From an uncultured Actinomycetota bacterium (GTDB lineage: Bacteria; Actinomycetota; Actinomycetes; Propionibacteriales; Nocardioidaceae): DNA of 64,000 nucleotides. The stretch covers positions 107,874-171,873 of the forward strand of contig CAVZZC010000013.1 in assembly GCA_963779635.1 (NCBI GenBank), given 5' to 3'. The notes below the pieces were generated by a model, which saw nothing but the letters and a program-made list of their open reading frames with translations, was not told the DNA's origin and made no database searches. Positions 1 to 9,329 of the stretch are shown piece by piece. The stretch's first letter is position 1. The number at the start of each line of letters is the position of its first letter. Made by a program: the position numbers and the translations under genes.

Positions 1-14
1 TTGTGGGGGCCAGG

Positions 15-43
15 TTGACGAATTCGGAGAACAATTGTTCACT
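15..43 (+). promoter_or_regulatory. sigmaA-like promoter with embedded palindromic operator
   Basis: TTGACG(15-20)-N17-TTCACT(38-43), 6 nt before ATG 50; perfect palindrome GAACAATTGTTC at 29-40 lies in the spacer. Confidence 0.55.
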
Positions 44-49
44 CAAGTG

Positions 50-1129
50 ATGGCCAACTCAGGCACGATTCCCTGGGAAAGGGTGCGCAGGGCGGGCTCG
101 AAGCTGACCACGCCGCTGCACCCCGACGACTATCTGTCGCTGCTGAACCCGCTGTGGAGCTCGCGTGAGCTGCGCGGTCGGGTCGAGCGTGTGGTCCCCG
201 AGACCGACGACGCCGCGACGCTGGTGATCAGGCCCGGCTGGGGCTGGCGCTACGACCACCGCCCGGGCCAGTACGTCGGCATCGGCGTCCAGGTCGAGGG
301 TCGGTTCCAGTGGCGGTCCTACTCCGTGAGCTCGCCGCCCAAGCGCGACCGCGGCACCATCGCGATCACCGTGCGAGCGATGCCGGAGGGGCTGCTCTCC
401 GGGCACCTGGTCAAGGGGCTGGACCCCGGCTCGATCGTGCGGCTGGCGCTGCCCGAGGGCGACTTCGTGCTCCCGGACCCGCCGCCGCAGCGGATGCTGT
501 TCCTGGTCGGCGGCAGCGGGATCACCCCGGTCATCGCGATGCTGCGCACGCTCGACCGGCGCGGCACCATGCCCGACGTCGTCCTGCACTACTCCTCGCC
601 CAACCAGGACCGGATGATCTTCCGCGACGAGCTCGCGGCCCTCGCCGAGAAGCACGACGGCCTGACCTTCCACGAGCTGCACACCGACACCGACGGCATG
701 CTCGACCTCGCGGACCTCGACGAGATCTGCTCCGACTGGCGCGAGCGCGAGACCTACGCCTGTGGCCCCGGGCCGATGCTCGATGCGGTCACCGAGCACT
801 TCGAGGCCGCCGACCTGGAGGACCAGCTGCACCTGGAGCGGTTCTCCCTACAGCTCGGGGGAGAGGGCGGCGAGGGCGGCACGATCACGTTCCGCAACTC
901 CGGCAAGACCGTCGACGCCGACGGCGCGACGACCGTGCTCGAGGCCGGCGAAGAGGCCGGCATCGGGATGCCCTTCGGCTGCCGGATGGGCATCTGCCAC
1001 ACCTGCACGCTCACCCTCGTCGACGGCACCGTGCGAGACCTGCGCAACGGCGACGAGTACGACAACCCCAACGAGTCCGTCCAGACCTGCGTCACCGCCG
1101 CTGTCGGTGACTGCACGCTCGACATCTGA
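50..1129 (+). CDS. Ferredoxin reductase (FAD/NAD-binding + C-terminal 2Fe-2S), desaturase electron-transfer partner
   Basis: RSYSVSS, GGSGITP, CGPGPM and CRMGICHTC...C motifs; next to a desaturase as in the mycobacterial Rv3230c/desA3 pair; ATG 50 preferred over TTG 35. Confidence 0.9.
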   Translation: MANSGTIPWERVRRAGSKLTTPLHPDDYLSLLNPLWSSRELRGRVERVVPETDDAATLVIRPGWGWRYDHRPGQYVGIGVQVEGRFQWRSYSVSSPPKRDRGTIAITVRAMPEGLLSGHLVKGLDPGSIVRLALPEGDFVLPDPPPQRMLFLVGGSGITPVIAMLRTLDRRGTMPDVVLHYSSPNQDRMIFRDELAALAEKHDGLTFHELHTDTDGMLDLADLDEICSDWRERETYACGPGPMLDAVTEHFEAADLEDQLHLERFSLQLGGEGGEGGTITFRNSGKTVDADGATTVLEAGEEAGIGMPFGCRMGICHTCTLTLVDGTVRDLRNGDEYDNPNESVQTCVTAAVGDCTLDI

Positions 1130-1155
1130 CCCAGATCAGGATTGGAGAGACACCA

Positions 1156-2373
1156 ATGGCTATCTCGGACGTGAAGGAGTACGCCCATCTCACGGAGGAG
1201 GAGGTGGACCAGCTCGGCCGCGAGCTCGACGCGATCCGCGCCGAGATCGAAGAGTCCCGGGGCGCCAGCGACGCGGCGTACATCAACCGGCTGATCAAGA
1301 TCCAACGCGCCCTGGCCGCCGCCGGACGGGTCACGCTGATGGTCGGCACCCAGTCGTCGAAGACCCGCAAGCCCGCCGTGGCGCTCGGGACCGCGCTCCT
1401 GGGGCTCCACAAGATCCTCGAGAACATGGAGATCGGGCACAACGTCATGCACGGCCAGTGGGACTGGATGAACGACCCGGAGATCCACTCCTCCAACTGG
1501 GAGTGGGACACCGCCCAGCCGGCCGAGCAGTGGAAGCACTCGCACAACTACGTGCACCACCAGTTCACCAACGTGCTCGGCTACGACAACGACATCGGCT
1601 ACGGCATCCTGCGGATGGCGCGCGAGCAGAAGTGGTCGCCGTACAACATCGGACAGCCGGTCTACAACAGCCTGCTCGCGCTGCTGTTCGAGTGGGGCGT
1701 CGCGTTGCACGACCTCGACATCGAGCGGATCCGCAAGCGCGAGAAGGACCCGAAGGAGATGAAGCGGCAGCTCAAGCAGATCTTCCGCAAGGGCCGCAAC
1801 CAGATCATGAAGGACTACGTCGTCTACCCGGCGCTGGCCGGCCGGCAGTGGAAGACGGTGCTCGGGGCCAATGTCACCTCGAACATCATGCGCAACCTGT
1901 GGTCCTACGTGATCATCTTCTGCGGTCACTTCCCGGACGGCGCGATGCACTTCACCGAGGAGGAGATCGAGGACGAGTCGCGCTCGGAGTGGTACCTCCG
2001 GCAGATCCTCGGCGCCGCGAACTTCCAGGGCGGCCCGCTGCTGCACATCATGTCCGGCAACCTCGGCTTCCAGATCGAGCACCACCTCTACCCCGACCTG
2101 CCGAGCAACCGGTACGCCGAGATCTCGGTCCGGATCCGCGAGCTGTGCGACAAGTACGACCTGCCCTACACCACCGGGCCGCTCCACCAGCAGTACGGCC
2201 AGGCGCTGCGCACGATCATCAAGCTGTCGGTGCCGAACTCCTGGACCCGCAGCGACCAGCCCGAGCCGCCCACCCCGGCGCGCGACCGCAAGCGCAGGTC
2301 CGACAGCGAGCGCCCGCACCGGCGCCGGGAGCTCGGCGGCTGGTCGCGGGCAGGAGCGGCAGCGCGGGCATGA
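1156..2373 (+). CDS. Acyl-CoA (fatty acid) desaturase, DesA3-like
   Basis: His boxes GHNVMH, HNYVHH, QIEHH; RBS GGAGA upstream. Confidence 0.9.
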   Translation: MAISDVKEYAHLTEEEVDQLGRELDAIRAEIEESRGASDAAYINRLIKIQRALAAAGRVTLMVGTQSSKTRKPAVALGTALLGLHKILENMEIGHNVMHGQWDWMNDPEIHSSNWEWDTAQPAEQWKHSHNYVHHQFTNVLGYDNDIGYGILRMAREQKWSPYNIGQPVYNSLLALLFEWGVALHDLDIERIRKREKDPKEMKRQLKQIFRKGRNQIMKDYVVYPALAGRQWKTVLGANVTSNIMRNLWSYVIIFCGHFPDGAMHFTEEEIEDESRSEWYLRQILGAANFQGGPLLHIMSGNLGFQIEHHLYPDLPSNRYAEISVRIRELCDKYDLPYTTGPLHQQYGQALRTIIKLSVPNSWTRSDQPEPPTPARDRKRRSDSERPHRRRELGGWSRAGAAARA

Positions 2374-2672
2374 CCACCGAGTGGGGAACCGCGTGGGTGA
2401 CCCGGTGCGCGCTCAGCCGGATCTGCGGGGTCTGCTCGGAGTCGCTCGGCCGCCCGGTGGCGTTCCTCGGCACGACCGAGGAGATCGCCCGCAACGCTTT
2501 CCATGCGCCACCGATGCATCAGTCGTGCGCGGAGGAGCTGTCCCGCCGTGACGACGCGGACCCTGACTGGCTGGTGGTGCTGACCTCGGGGTTCGAGTTC
2601 GTCCGGCCCCAGCGCGAGGACCTCGACCGGAGCCCGACGTTCCAGCCGAACTCGCTGCTCGGTTCCGCCTGA
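2370..2672 (+). CDS. Hypothetical 100-aa Cys/His protein
   Basis: ATGA overlap with the desaturase stop; 3' part of track ORF 762..2672; CGVC...PPMHQSC. Confidence 0.7.
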   Translation: MTTEWGTAWVTRCALSRICGVCSESLGRPVAFLGTTEEIARNAFHAPPMHQSCAEELSRRDDADPDWLVVLTSGFEFVRPQREDLDRSPTFQPNSLLGSA

Positions 2673-2703
2673 GCGAAGGCGCTTCCTGCGGGTACCGGGG
2701 GGC

Positions 2704-2838
2704 ATGACCACTACACCCCAAGAGCCCCCACCCGACCCGCAGGTCGTCCCCAGCGGCGACCCGACACCGATCGAGACGCCCGATCCCGAGCCGGAGACGC
2801 AGCCCGGCGAGGACCCAGCGCCGACGGAGAACCCCTAG
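2704..2838 (+). CDS. Small Pro/acidic peptide (44 aa)
   Basis: ATG 2704 to TAG 2838: MTTTPQEPPPDPQVVPSGDPTPIETPDPEPETQPGEDPAPTENP; fills the intergenic gap; below the track's size cutoff. Confidence 0.5.
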   Translation: MTTTPQEPPPDPQVVPSGDPTPIETPDPEPETQPGEDPAPTENP

Positions 2839-2866
2839 CCCCGCTGATACCGCATACGCTTCGGGC

Positions 2867-3949
2867 ATGCCGAAGACCCCTGCTGTCGAGGTCGAAGCGG
2901 GCGGGCGCATGGTGCGGGTGTCGAGCCCGGACCGGGTCATCTACGAGAAGACCGAGCGCACGCCCGAGGTCACCAAGCTGATGGTGGCGGAGTTCTTCGC
3001 CAGCGTCGACGACGGGCTGATGCGCGCGCTGCGCGACCGGCCGACCGCGCTCGAGCGGTGGACGTCCGGCGTACGACCGGGCATGAAGCTGGCCACCGGG
3101 CCGCAGGACAAGGACGCCGACGCGTTCTACCAGAAGCGGGTGCCGAAGGGGGCTCCCGACTATCTCGAGTCGGTGCAGATCACATTCCCGTCCGGCCGCA
3201 CCGCCGACGAGATCTGCCCCACCGAGATCGCGGTGCCGGTCTGGTGCGCCCACATGGGCGCGCTCACCTTCCATCCCTGGCCGGTACGCCGTGCCGACGT
3301 CGACCACCCCGACGAGCTGCGGATCGACCTCGACCCGCAACCCGGTACGACGTTCACCGACTCGGTCCGGGTCGCCGGGGTCGCGAAGGAGCTGCTCGAG
3401 GAGCTCGGCCTGATCGGCTACCCGAAGACCAGCGGCAACCGGGGCGTGCACATCTACGTGCGGATCAAGCCGGAGTGGGAGTTCGTCGACGTCCGGCATG
3501 CCGCGATCGGGTTCGGCCGCGAGCTCGCCGCCCGCGACGAGGGCGTGACCGTGGACTGGTGGAAGGAGGAGCGCGGGGAGCGGATCTTCGTCGACTTCAA
3601 CCAGAACAACCGCGACCGCACCATCGCCTCCGCCTACTCGCTCCGCCCGATCCCCGGCGCCCCGGTCTCGACGCCGATGACCTGGGAGGAGCTCTCGGGC
3701 GTGACGGACCCGGGTGAGTACAACCTGTTCAACGTCCCTGACCGGGTGCAGGACGGCGACCCCTGGGCAGGCATCGACGACACGGCGTACTCGCTGGAGC
3801 CGCTGCTGAAGCTGTGGGAGGAGCAGGGCGCGGTCGAGCTCAACTACCCGCCCGACTACCCGAAGATGCCGGGTGAGCCGCCGCGGGTGCAGCCCAGCAA
3901 GAAGGTCGCCGCGCACTGGGACGAGGACGGCAACCGGATCGAGGACTGA
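2867..3949 (+). CDS. LigD-type primase-polymerase (Prim-PolC/PolD-like)
   Basis: DELRIDLDP, KTSGNRGVHIY, IFVDFNQN, RTIASAYSLRP motifs; leaderless (TACGCT 6 nt before ATG). Confidence 0.9.
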   Translation: MPKTPAVEVEAGGRMVRVSSPDRVIYEKTERTPEVTKLMVAEFFASVDDGLMRALRDRPTALERWTSGVRPGMKLATGPQDKDADAFYQKRVPKGAPDYLESVQITFPSGRTADEICPTEIAVPVWCAHMGALTFHPWPVRRADVDHPDELRIDLDPQPGTTFTDSVRVAGVAKELLEELGLIGYPKTSGNRGVHIYVRIKPEWEFVDVRHAAIGFGRELAARDEGVTVDWWKEERGERIFVDFNQNNRDRTIASAYSLRPIPGAPVSTPMTWEELSGVTDPGEYNLFNVPDRVQDGDPWAGIDDTAYSLEPLLKLWEEQGAVELNYPPDYPKMPGEPPRVQPSKKVAAHWDEDGNRIED

Positions 3950-3951
3950 GG

Positions 3952-4968
3952 TCAGTCGTCGAGAGCGGCCAATGCGTGGTCGAGGGCCTCGTCGTCGTTG
4001 CTCCGCACGAACATCGAGCGGTGGCCGCACGCTTCGTCGACCATCGTCTGCGCGGGCATCGGCTTCTCGGCGTTGCGTCGGTCCCCGATGGTGAGCACCC
4101 GGGTGCCCGGATCGGCAAACGCCGAGAGGTGCAGGGCGGACCCCGGCAGCCCGGCCAACACGTGGGCGCCGCGCACCAGCGCGACCTGCTCGGTGATGGG
4201 CAGGGTCTCGGGATGGACGACCTCGAAGCCCGCGTCCGAGAAGAAGGTGTCGAGCCGGGCATCCTGCGCCTCGTCGGTCCGGGCGCGGCCGGGCCCATGG
4301 TCTCCGGCGTGGAACTGGCTGCGGGACAGGTACACCCGTGACTCCGAGCCGCGGTCGGCAACTGCGTCGGAGACGCGCCGCCAGACCTGTACGGCGCCCG
4401 CCCCGGCCCGGCGCTTGAGCACGACAGGCCTGGCGGGCACCACCAGGCGGTCGACCCGGACCGGGCGACCGTGGACGACGCGGAGGTCGACCCCGCCATA
4501 GCCCGCCAGCTCGATCAGCTGCTGTTGCCAAGGGTGAACGGTGGGGGCCTGCAGCGGGACCTGGTCGGCGTCGGGAGCGGCCGGGCCGCGGATGGGCCGG
4601 TGCGCGAGGATGCCGGACAGGCTGGCGCACTCAACCGGGTCCGGCCACAGGTTCGGCAGGGTCTCCAGGAGGAAGTGGCCGAAGTGGGTGCTCCAGTGCC
4701 CGGCGTAGATCCAGGTGCCTTTCAGCCGCTTCGCTCCGCGGCTCACCGGCACCTGCTCCGGGTCCGCCGGAACCGGCTCCTTCTTGTTGCCGTTCCACAC
4801 GCGCTGGGACTGCGGGACGAGCAGGCCGTCGGCGTCGTGGACCGCGCCGCGTACCCAGCGAATGGGCCCGCTCTCGGTCCGGAGCGGCCCACGGGACCAC
4901 GGCGTCAGGAAGGCGTGCTCGACCGAAACGAGCTCCGGGAGCTCAGGCGGCGCTGCCCTCCCCACCAT
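3952..4968 (-). CDS. Glycosyltransferase family 61 (DUF563)
   Basis: HFGHFLLETLPNLW, RVYLSR, VVHPETLPITEQVALVRGAHVLAGLPGSALH. Confidence 0.8.
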   Translation of the reverse strand: MVGRAAPPELPELVSVEHAFLTPWSRGPLRTESGPIRWVRGAVHDADGLLVPQSQRVWNGNKKEPVPADPEQVPVSRGAKRLKGTWIYAGHWSTHFGHFLLETLPNLWPDPVECASLSGILAHRPIRGPAAPDADQVPLQAPTVHPWQQQLIELAGYGGVDLRVVHGRPVRVDRLVVPARPVVLKRRAGAGAVQVWRRVSDAVADRGSESRVYLSRSQFHAGDHGPGRARTDEAQDARLDTFFSDAGFEVVHPETLPITEQVALVRGAHVLAGLPGSALHLSAFADPGTRVLTIGDRRNAEKPMPAQTMVDEACGHRSMFVRSNDDEALDHALAALDD

Positions 4969-5027
4969 TCATCGACGCTAACAAGGTCGAGCCCGTCCGA
5001 GAGGGACTTCCGTGGGACCCGCCGGAG

Positions 5028-5768
5028 CTACAGGCCGAGGTCGTGCCGCACTTGTCTGCGGATCTCGCCGAACCGCTGGAGCCGCAGCACCTCCTGGGCG
5101 CGCTGGAAGCGCTCGAAGGTGAGGCCGTCGATGTCCGCCAGGTCGACCTGAGGCGTCTCGTGGCGGCGGGTGCGCCAGACGACGGTCTGTCCGTGGTTGT
5201 TGGCGATCGTGGCGTAGCTCAGGTGGGGGCACATGGCGGCGATGAAGTAGACGGTCTTGTAGACGTCGCCCATCCACTGCTTCTCGGCCGACCCGGTGGC
5301 TCGCTTCAGCTGGAAGAACAGCTCTCGGTCCGCCAGGGACGCGAGGTACGTCGGCGGCCGGGTGTCGTCGATGACGATGACGCCCTGCGGTTGCAGGTGC
5401 TCCTGCGCGTTGATCAGGTCGCGGAGGGTCTGGTCGTAGACGTGGAGCCCGTCGAGGTAGATCACGTCGAAGATGTCGTCGGGCTCGACGATCCGGTTGA
5501 AGTACTCGTCGCTGGTGACCGGGTGGTACGTCGCCTCCGGGAGCTCGCGGGCCTTCGCCTCGTGATCGAACCGAAACAGCGGATCGACGGCCACCTTGCG
5601 AGCCGCCGGCACTCGCTCGAACGTGATGCCGCGGCCGACGCCGACCTCGAGATAGCGCGGCTCGTCGTAGAGGTTGGTGAGGCGTTTGAGGACATTCGAG
5701 CGGCGAAGGGGCTTCTCCTGCTCCTGCTTCATCGCTCGGGACTCTACGTCAGGACACATGCCGCGCAC
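5028..5768 (-). CDS. Class I SAM methyltransferase (Methyltransf_24-like)
   Basis: YLEVGV, TSDEYF, IYLDGLH, IVIDD, WMGDVYK; alternative start ATG 5732. Confidence 0.8.
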   Translation of the reverse strand: MRGMCPDVESRAMKQEQEKPLRRSNVLKRLTNLYDEPRYLEVGVGRGITFERVPAARKVAVDPLFRFDHEAKARELPEATYHPVTSDEYFNRIVEPDDIFDVIYLDGLHVYDQTLRDLINAQEHLQPQGVIVIDDTRPPTYLASLADRELFFQLKRATGSAEKQWMGDVYKTVYFIAAMCPHLSYATIANNHGQTVVWRTRRHETPQVDLADIDGLTFERFQRAQEVLRLQRFGEIRRQVRHDLGL

Positions 5769-6618
5769 TCGGCCAGATCGCTGCGAGGTCCACGTCGGGG
5801 AACCGCTCGGCGATGCGGCGATAGACCTCGCTCAGGTGGGTCGCCACGGTGCGCTGGGTCGACTCCGGTAGCTCGGCCTCGGCAGGCGCCTCGTTGCGCC
5901 GTCGCTCCAGTGCGGGCGGGTGCATCGAGATCCCGACCGCCTCGCAGAGCCCGGCCACCGCCTCCGGGGTGAACAGCCGCTCGTAGAACTCGTAGTGCGC
6001 GTCGTCGCCGAACGCCTCGTCCAGGGCCTCGATGGTGCGGTGGTACTCACTCCGCGCGGCGTACTGCGGCTCGGCGTACTGCTCGAGCACCCGCTGCTCC
6101 GCGGAGGGGTCTCCGGGAGCTGCCTTCCGTTGGTGCTGCATCCGCAGCTGCGACCAGATCCGGTCGACGGGGTCGCGCATCAGGTAGACCGCGACCGCCC
6201 GGACGCCTCGGTCCGCGAACTCCTGCCGGATCTCGCGCAGCCGCCCGACCGAGAGCAGGGCGTACGCCGGGGTGACGTCCGCCGTCACGTGCCGGTCGGG
6301 CTCCTGCTGCAGCAGCGCGGCGAAGTAGTCGTAGTAGTAGGCCGGGTTGCCGTACATGCTCATCCGGTGCAGCACCGCGGCGTCGGCCGGGCGCCCCTCC
6401 CGGAGGTCGGTCAGGGCCGACTCGGCGAGCGTGATGATCCGGTTGCGCGTCCAGGACTCCGAGGCGAGGTCGAGGGTGTCGAAGACGTGGTACTCCTTGC
6501 GGTAGCCGGCCACGAACTCGGGCGACTCCTGCAGGTAGCGGTAGAGCCAGGTGGTCCCGGCCTTCTGGGCGCCGACGCCGAGCACGAACGTGCGGCTCTG
6601 CTCCGGTCCCTCACCCAC
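5749..6618 (-). CDS. Sulfotransferase family protein
   Basis: 5'-PSB motif GAQKAGTTWL; DVTPAY; LMRDPVDRIWS. Confidence 0.8.
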   Translation of the reverse strand: MGEGPEQSRTFVLGVGAQKAGTTWLYRYLQESPEFVAGYRKEYHVFDTLDLASESWTRNRIITLAESALTDLREGRPADAAVLHRMSMYGNPAYYYDYFAALLQQEPDRHVTADVTPAYALLSVGRLREIRQEFADRGVRAVAVYLMRDPVDRIWSQLRMQHQRKAAPGDPSAEQRVLEQYAEPQYAARSEYHRTIEALDEAFGDDAHYEFYERLFTPEAVAGLCEAVGISMHPPALERRRNEAPAEAELPESTQRTVATHLSEVYRRIAERFPDVDLAAIWPSARHVS

Positions 6619-6650
6619 GCCCGCAGGCTAGCGGCCAGTAGCGTGGTCCG
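6619..6650. promoter_or_regulatory. Back-to-back leaderless promoters
   Basis: TAGCCT (6625-6630, - strand) 6 nt before GTG 6618; TAGCGT (6639-6644, + strand) 6 nt before GTG 6651. Confidence 0.7.
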
Positions 6651-7508
6651 GTGACCACGGACAAGACGTTCCTGCTGGGGACGGGGGCACAGAAGGGCGG
6701 CACGACCTGGCTGTACCACCACCTGAAGGCGTCGCCCCAGTTCGTGTCGGGGTACCGGAAGGAGTACCACGTCTTCGACGCGATGGACGTCAAGGGCCAG
6801 GCCTACCGGCGCAGGCGCGTCCTCGAGGAGGCGGAGGCCGCGCTCGGGCGAGCGCGCGCGGGGAAGCCGCTGAACGCACAGGTCATGCACCTGGCCAGCA
6901 TGTACGCCGACCCCGACGTCTACTTCGACTACTTCACCGGCCTGTTGGCCTCGCGGCAGGACGCCCGCCTCACGGCGGACGTGACCCCGGCGTACGCCAT
7001 GCTCTCCGCGGACCGGATGACCCAGATCAAGCAGGCCTTCGCCGCCCGCGGTGTCCGCACCGTCGCGGTCTTCCTGATGCGGGACCCGGTCGACCGGGTC
7101 GTCTCCCATGTCCGGATGCAGATCCGGGAGAAGCCGCAGCGCTGGGACAAGCCCGTTGCTGACGTGCTCGTCGACCGCTACGCGCACCGCGAGAACATCC
7201 AACGCACCAGCTACCACCTGACCCTCGCCGAGCTGGACCGGGCGTTCGGTCCCGACGAGACCTACATCGGGTTCTACGAGGACCTCTTCTCCGAGGCTCG
7301 GATCAGGGAGATCAGCGACCTGCTGGGCATCGACTTCCACCAGCCTGCCCTCGACGAGCGCCGCAACGCCTCACCCCCGGCGCAGGTGCCCGACGAGATC
7401 CTGCGGATGATCGCGGAGCACTACCGCGAGGTCTACGACGTCGTGGCGGCCCGCTTCCCCGATGTCGACCTGGGAGCACTGTGGCCGAGCCGGCGCTACC
7501 TCGACTGA
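6651..7508 (+). CDS. Sulfotransferase family protein (paralog of 5749..6618)
   Basis: GAQKGGTTWL, GYRKEYHVFD, DVTPAY, LMRDPVDRVVS. Confidence 0.8.
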   Translation: MTTDKTFLLGTGAQKGGTTWLYHHLKASPQFVSGYRKEYHVFDAMDVKGQAYRRRRVLEEAEAALGRARAGKPLNAQVMHLASMYADPDVYFDYFTGLLASRQDARLTADVTPAYAMLSADRMTQIKQAFAARGVRTVAVFLMRDPVDRVVSHVRMQIREKPQRWDKPVADVLVDRYAHRENIQRTSYHLTLAELDRAFGPDETYIGFYEDLFSEARIREISDLLGIDFHQPALDERRNASPPAQVPDEILRMIAEHYREVYDVVAARFPDVDLGALWPSRRYLD

Positions 7509-7539
7509 GGCGCCACCCACGCTGCGATAGCGTCGCCGG

Positions 7540-8295
7540 GTGCAACGCCATGACCTGCTGAAGAGGCTTCACGAGCTGCTCCAACCCCGCACCTACCTGG
7601 AGATCGGGGTGAGCACCGGAGCCAGCATGTCCCGCTCGCGCGCGCGGTCGATCGGTGTGGACCCGGCCTTTCACGTCAAGCGTGAGCTGCTCTGCGACCT
7701 GCACCTGGTGCGCGCGACGAGCGACGAGTTCTTCGCCCGCGAGCATCCGCTGGCGCACTTCGACGAACCGGTGATCGACCTGGCCTTCATCGACGGGATG
7801 CATCTCGCGGAGTACGCGCTGCGCGACTTCATCAACACCGAGCGGTTCACTCACTCCGCCTCGGTGATCGTGATCGACGACATGCTCCCCCGCAACGTCC
7901 CCGAGGCCGATCGCGACCGGAGCCGGCCGCGTTCTGACAACGCCTGGGCAGGCGACGTCTACAAGGTCCTCGAGCCGCTGCGCACCGCTCGGCCGGACCT
8001 CGTCTGCCTCGAGGTCGACACCGCACCGACCGGCACGGTCGTGGTGCTCCTGCCGGACGCCGCCTCCACGACCCTGCTGTCGGCGTACGACGACCTGGTC
8101 GAGGCCTTCGTCATCCCGGACCCCCAACACGTGCCGAACGAGGTCTTGGCCCGGTCCCGGGCCATCGCACCGGATGCCCTGCTGGCGGCTCCCATCTGGG
8201 ACGACCTCCGGCGATTGCGTGACCTCGAGGACTCCCAAGCACGTCCGGAGGTCGCTTCGGTGCTCGCCGGAGCGGGCCTGGCGACGGTTCGGTGA
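7540..8295 (+). CDS. Class I SAM methyltransferase (Methyltransf_24-like)
   Basis: YLEIGV, TSDEFF, AFIDGMH, WAGDVYK; leaderless TAGCGT 7528-7533. Confidence 0.8.
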   Translation: MQRHDLLKRLHELLQPRTYLEIGVSTGASMSRSRARSIGVDPAFHVKRELLCDLHLVRATSDEFFAREHPLAHFDEPVIDLAFIDGMHLAEYALRDFINTERFTHSASVIVIDDMLPRNVPEADRDRSRPRSDNAWAGDVYKVLEPLRTARPDLVCLEVDTAPTGTVVVLLPDAASTTLLSAYDDLVEAFVIPDPQHVPNEVLARSRAIAPDALLAAPIWDDLRRLRDLEDSQARPEVASVLAGAGLATVR

Positions 8296-9329
8296 CCTGG
8301 CAGGTCCCGCTCTCGCCGGACCCGCCGCCCGCGGGGGTCTCGGTCGCGACCGTCACCGATGCCCTGGTGACTCCGTTCCAGCGCGGGACCGGACCGGCTG
8401 AGCCCGGTGGCACGCGGCGCAGGATGACCGGATCCGTCCACGACGCCGCTGGTCGCCTCGTCGCCGAGGCGCAGCGCTCCTGGCACGGCGACCTGAACGC
8501 GCCGCGGGCAGCGGATCCCGAGCGGGTCGACGTGCCCGCCGAATGCCGTCGCCTGTCGGGTCGGTGGATCTACGCCGGCCACTGGACCCGCCACTTCGGG
8601 CACTTCCTGGTCGAGGTCCTGACCAACCTCTGGCCGGACCCGACGGAGGTGGACGTGAGCGGGATCCTGGTGCACCGCAGCTACCGCGGGTCGATCCCCG
8701 GCGACTCCGAGAGGTCAGGCGCCCTGCACACCCCCGAGCTCGCCGCGTGGCAGCGGGACCTGCTCGGTCTCGCGGGGTACGGCGGCCTCAAGGTGCGGGT
8801 GGTGCGGGCTCGGCCGGTGCGGGTGGATGAGCTGGTCGTACCGAGCCGCCCGGTGCTCCTGAAGAGCTGGGCCCAGGAGCCGGCCGTGGCCCTCTGGCGC
8901 CGGGTGGCCGACGCGGCGGACCCGCCGGAAGAGAGCGGCGGCAGGGTGTTCCTCTCCCGTGCGCGCCACCACGAGGAGTCGAGCAGCGATAAGGCCAGGG
9001 TGCGGACCACACCCGAGTGGGAGGCGCTGGTGGAGGCCCGCTTCGCCGAGGCCGGGTACCGGATCTTCCACCCGGAGAGGCTGCCCGTCAGCCGGCAGAT
9101 CGGGGTGGTCAAGGGAGCGGACGTGGTCGCGGGCTTCACCGGCTCGGCGCTGCACCTCACCGCGTTCGCCCCTGAGGGCACCAAGGTCGTGGAGCTCGGC
9201 GACGAACGATCTCCGAACAGTCCCACCCCCACGCAGACGATGATCGCCGCGGCCCGGGGGCACGAGGTGGCGTTCGTTCCATACCAGGACGCCGACGCTC
9301 TCGACGACCTGCTGCCGCGGGCGACCTAG
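8292..9329 (+). CDS. Glycosyltransferase family 61 (paralog of 3952..4968)
   Basis: WIYAGHWTRHFGHFLVEVLTNLWPDP, RVFLSR, GSALH; GTGA overlap with the methyltransferase stop. Confidence 0.8.
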   Translation: MTWQVPLSPDPPPAGVSVATVTDALVTPFQRGTGPAEPGGTRRRMTGSVHDAAGRLVAEAQRSWHGDLNAPRAADPERVDVPAECRRLSGRWIYAGHWTRHFGHFLVEVLTNLWPDPTEVDVSGILVHRSYRGSIPGDSERSGALHTPELAAWQRDLLGLAGYGGLKVRVVRARPVRVDELVVPSRPVLLKSWAQEPAVALWRRVADAADPPEESGGRVFLSRARHHEESSSDKARVRTTPEWEALVEARFAEAGYRIFHPERLPVSRQIGVVKGADVVAGFTGSALHLTAFAPEGTKVVELGDERSPNSPTPTQTMIAAARGHEVAFVPYQDADALDDLLPRAT

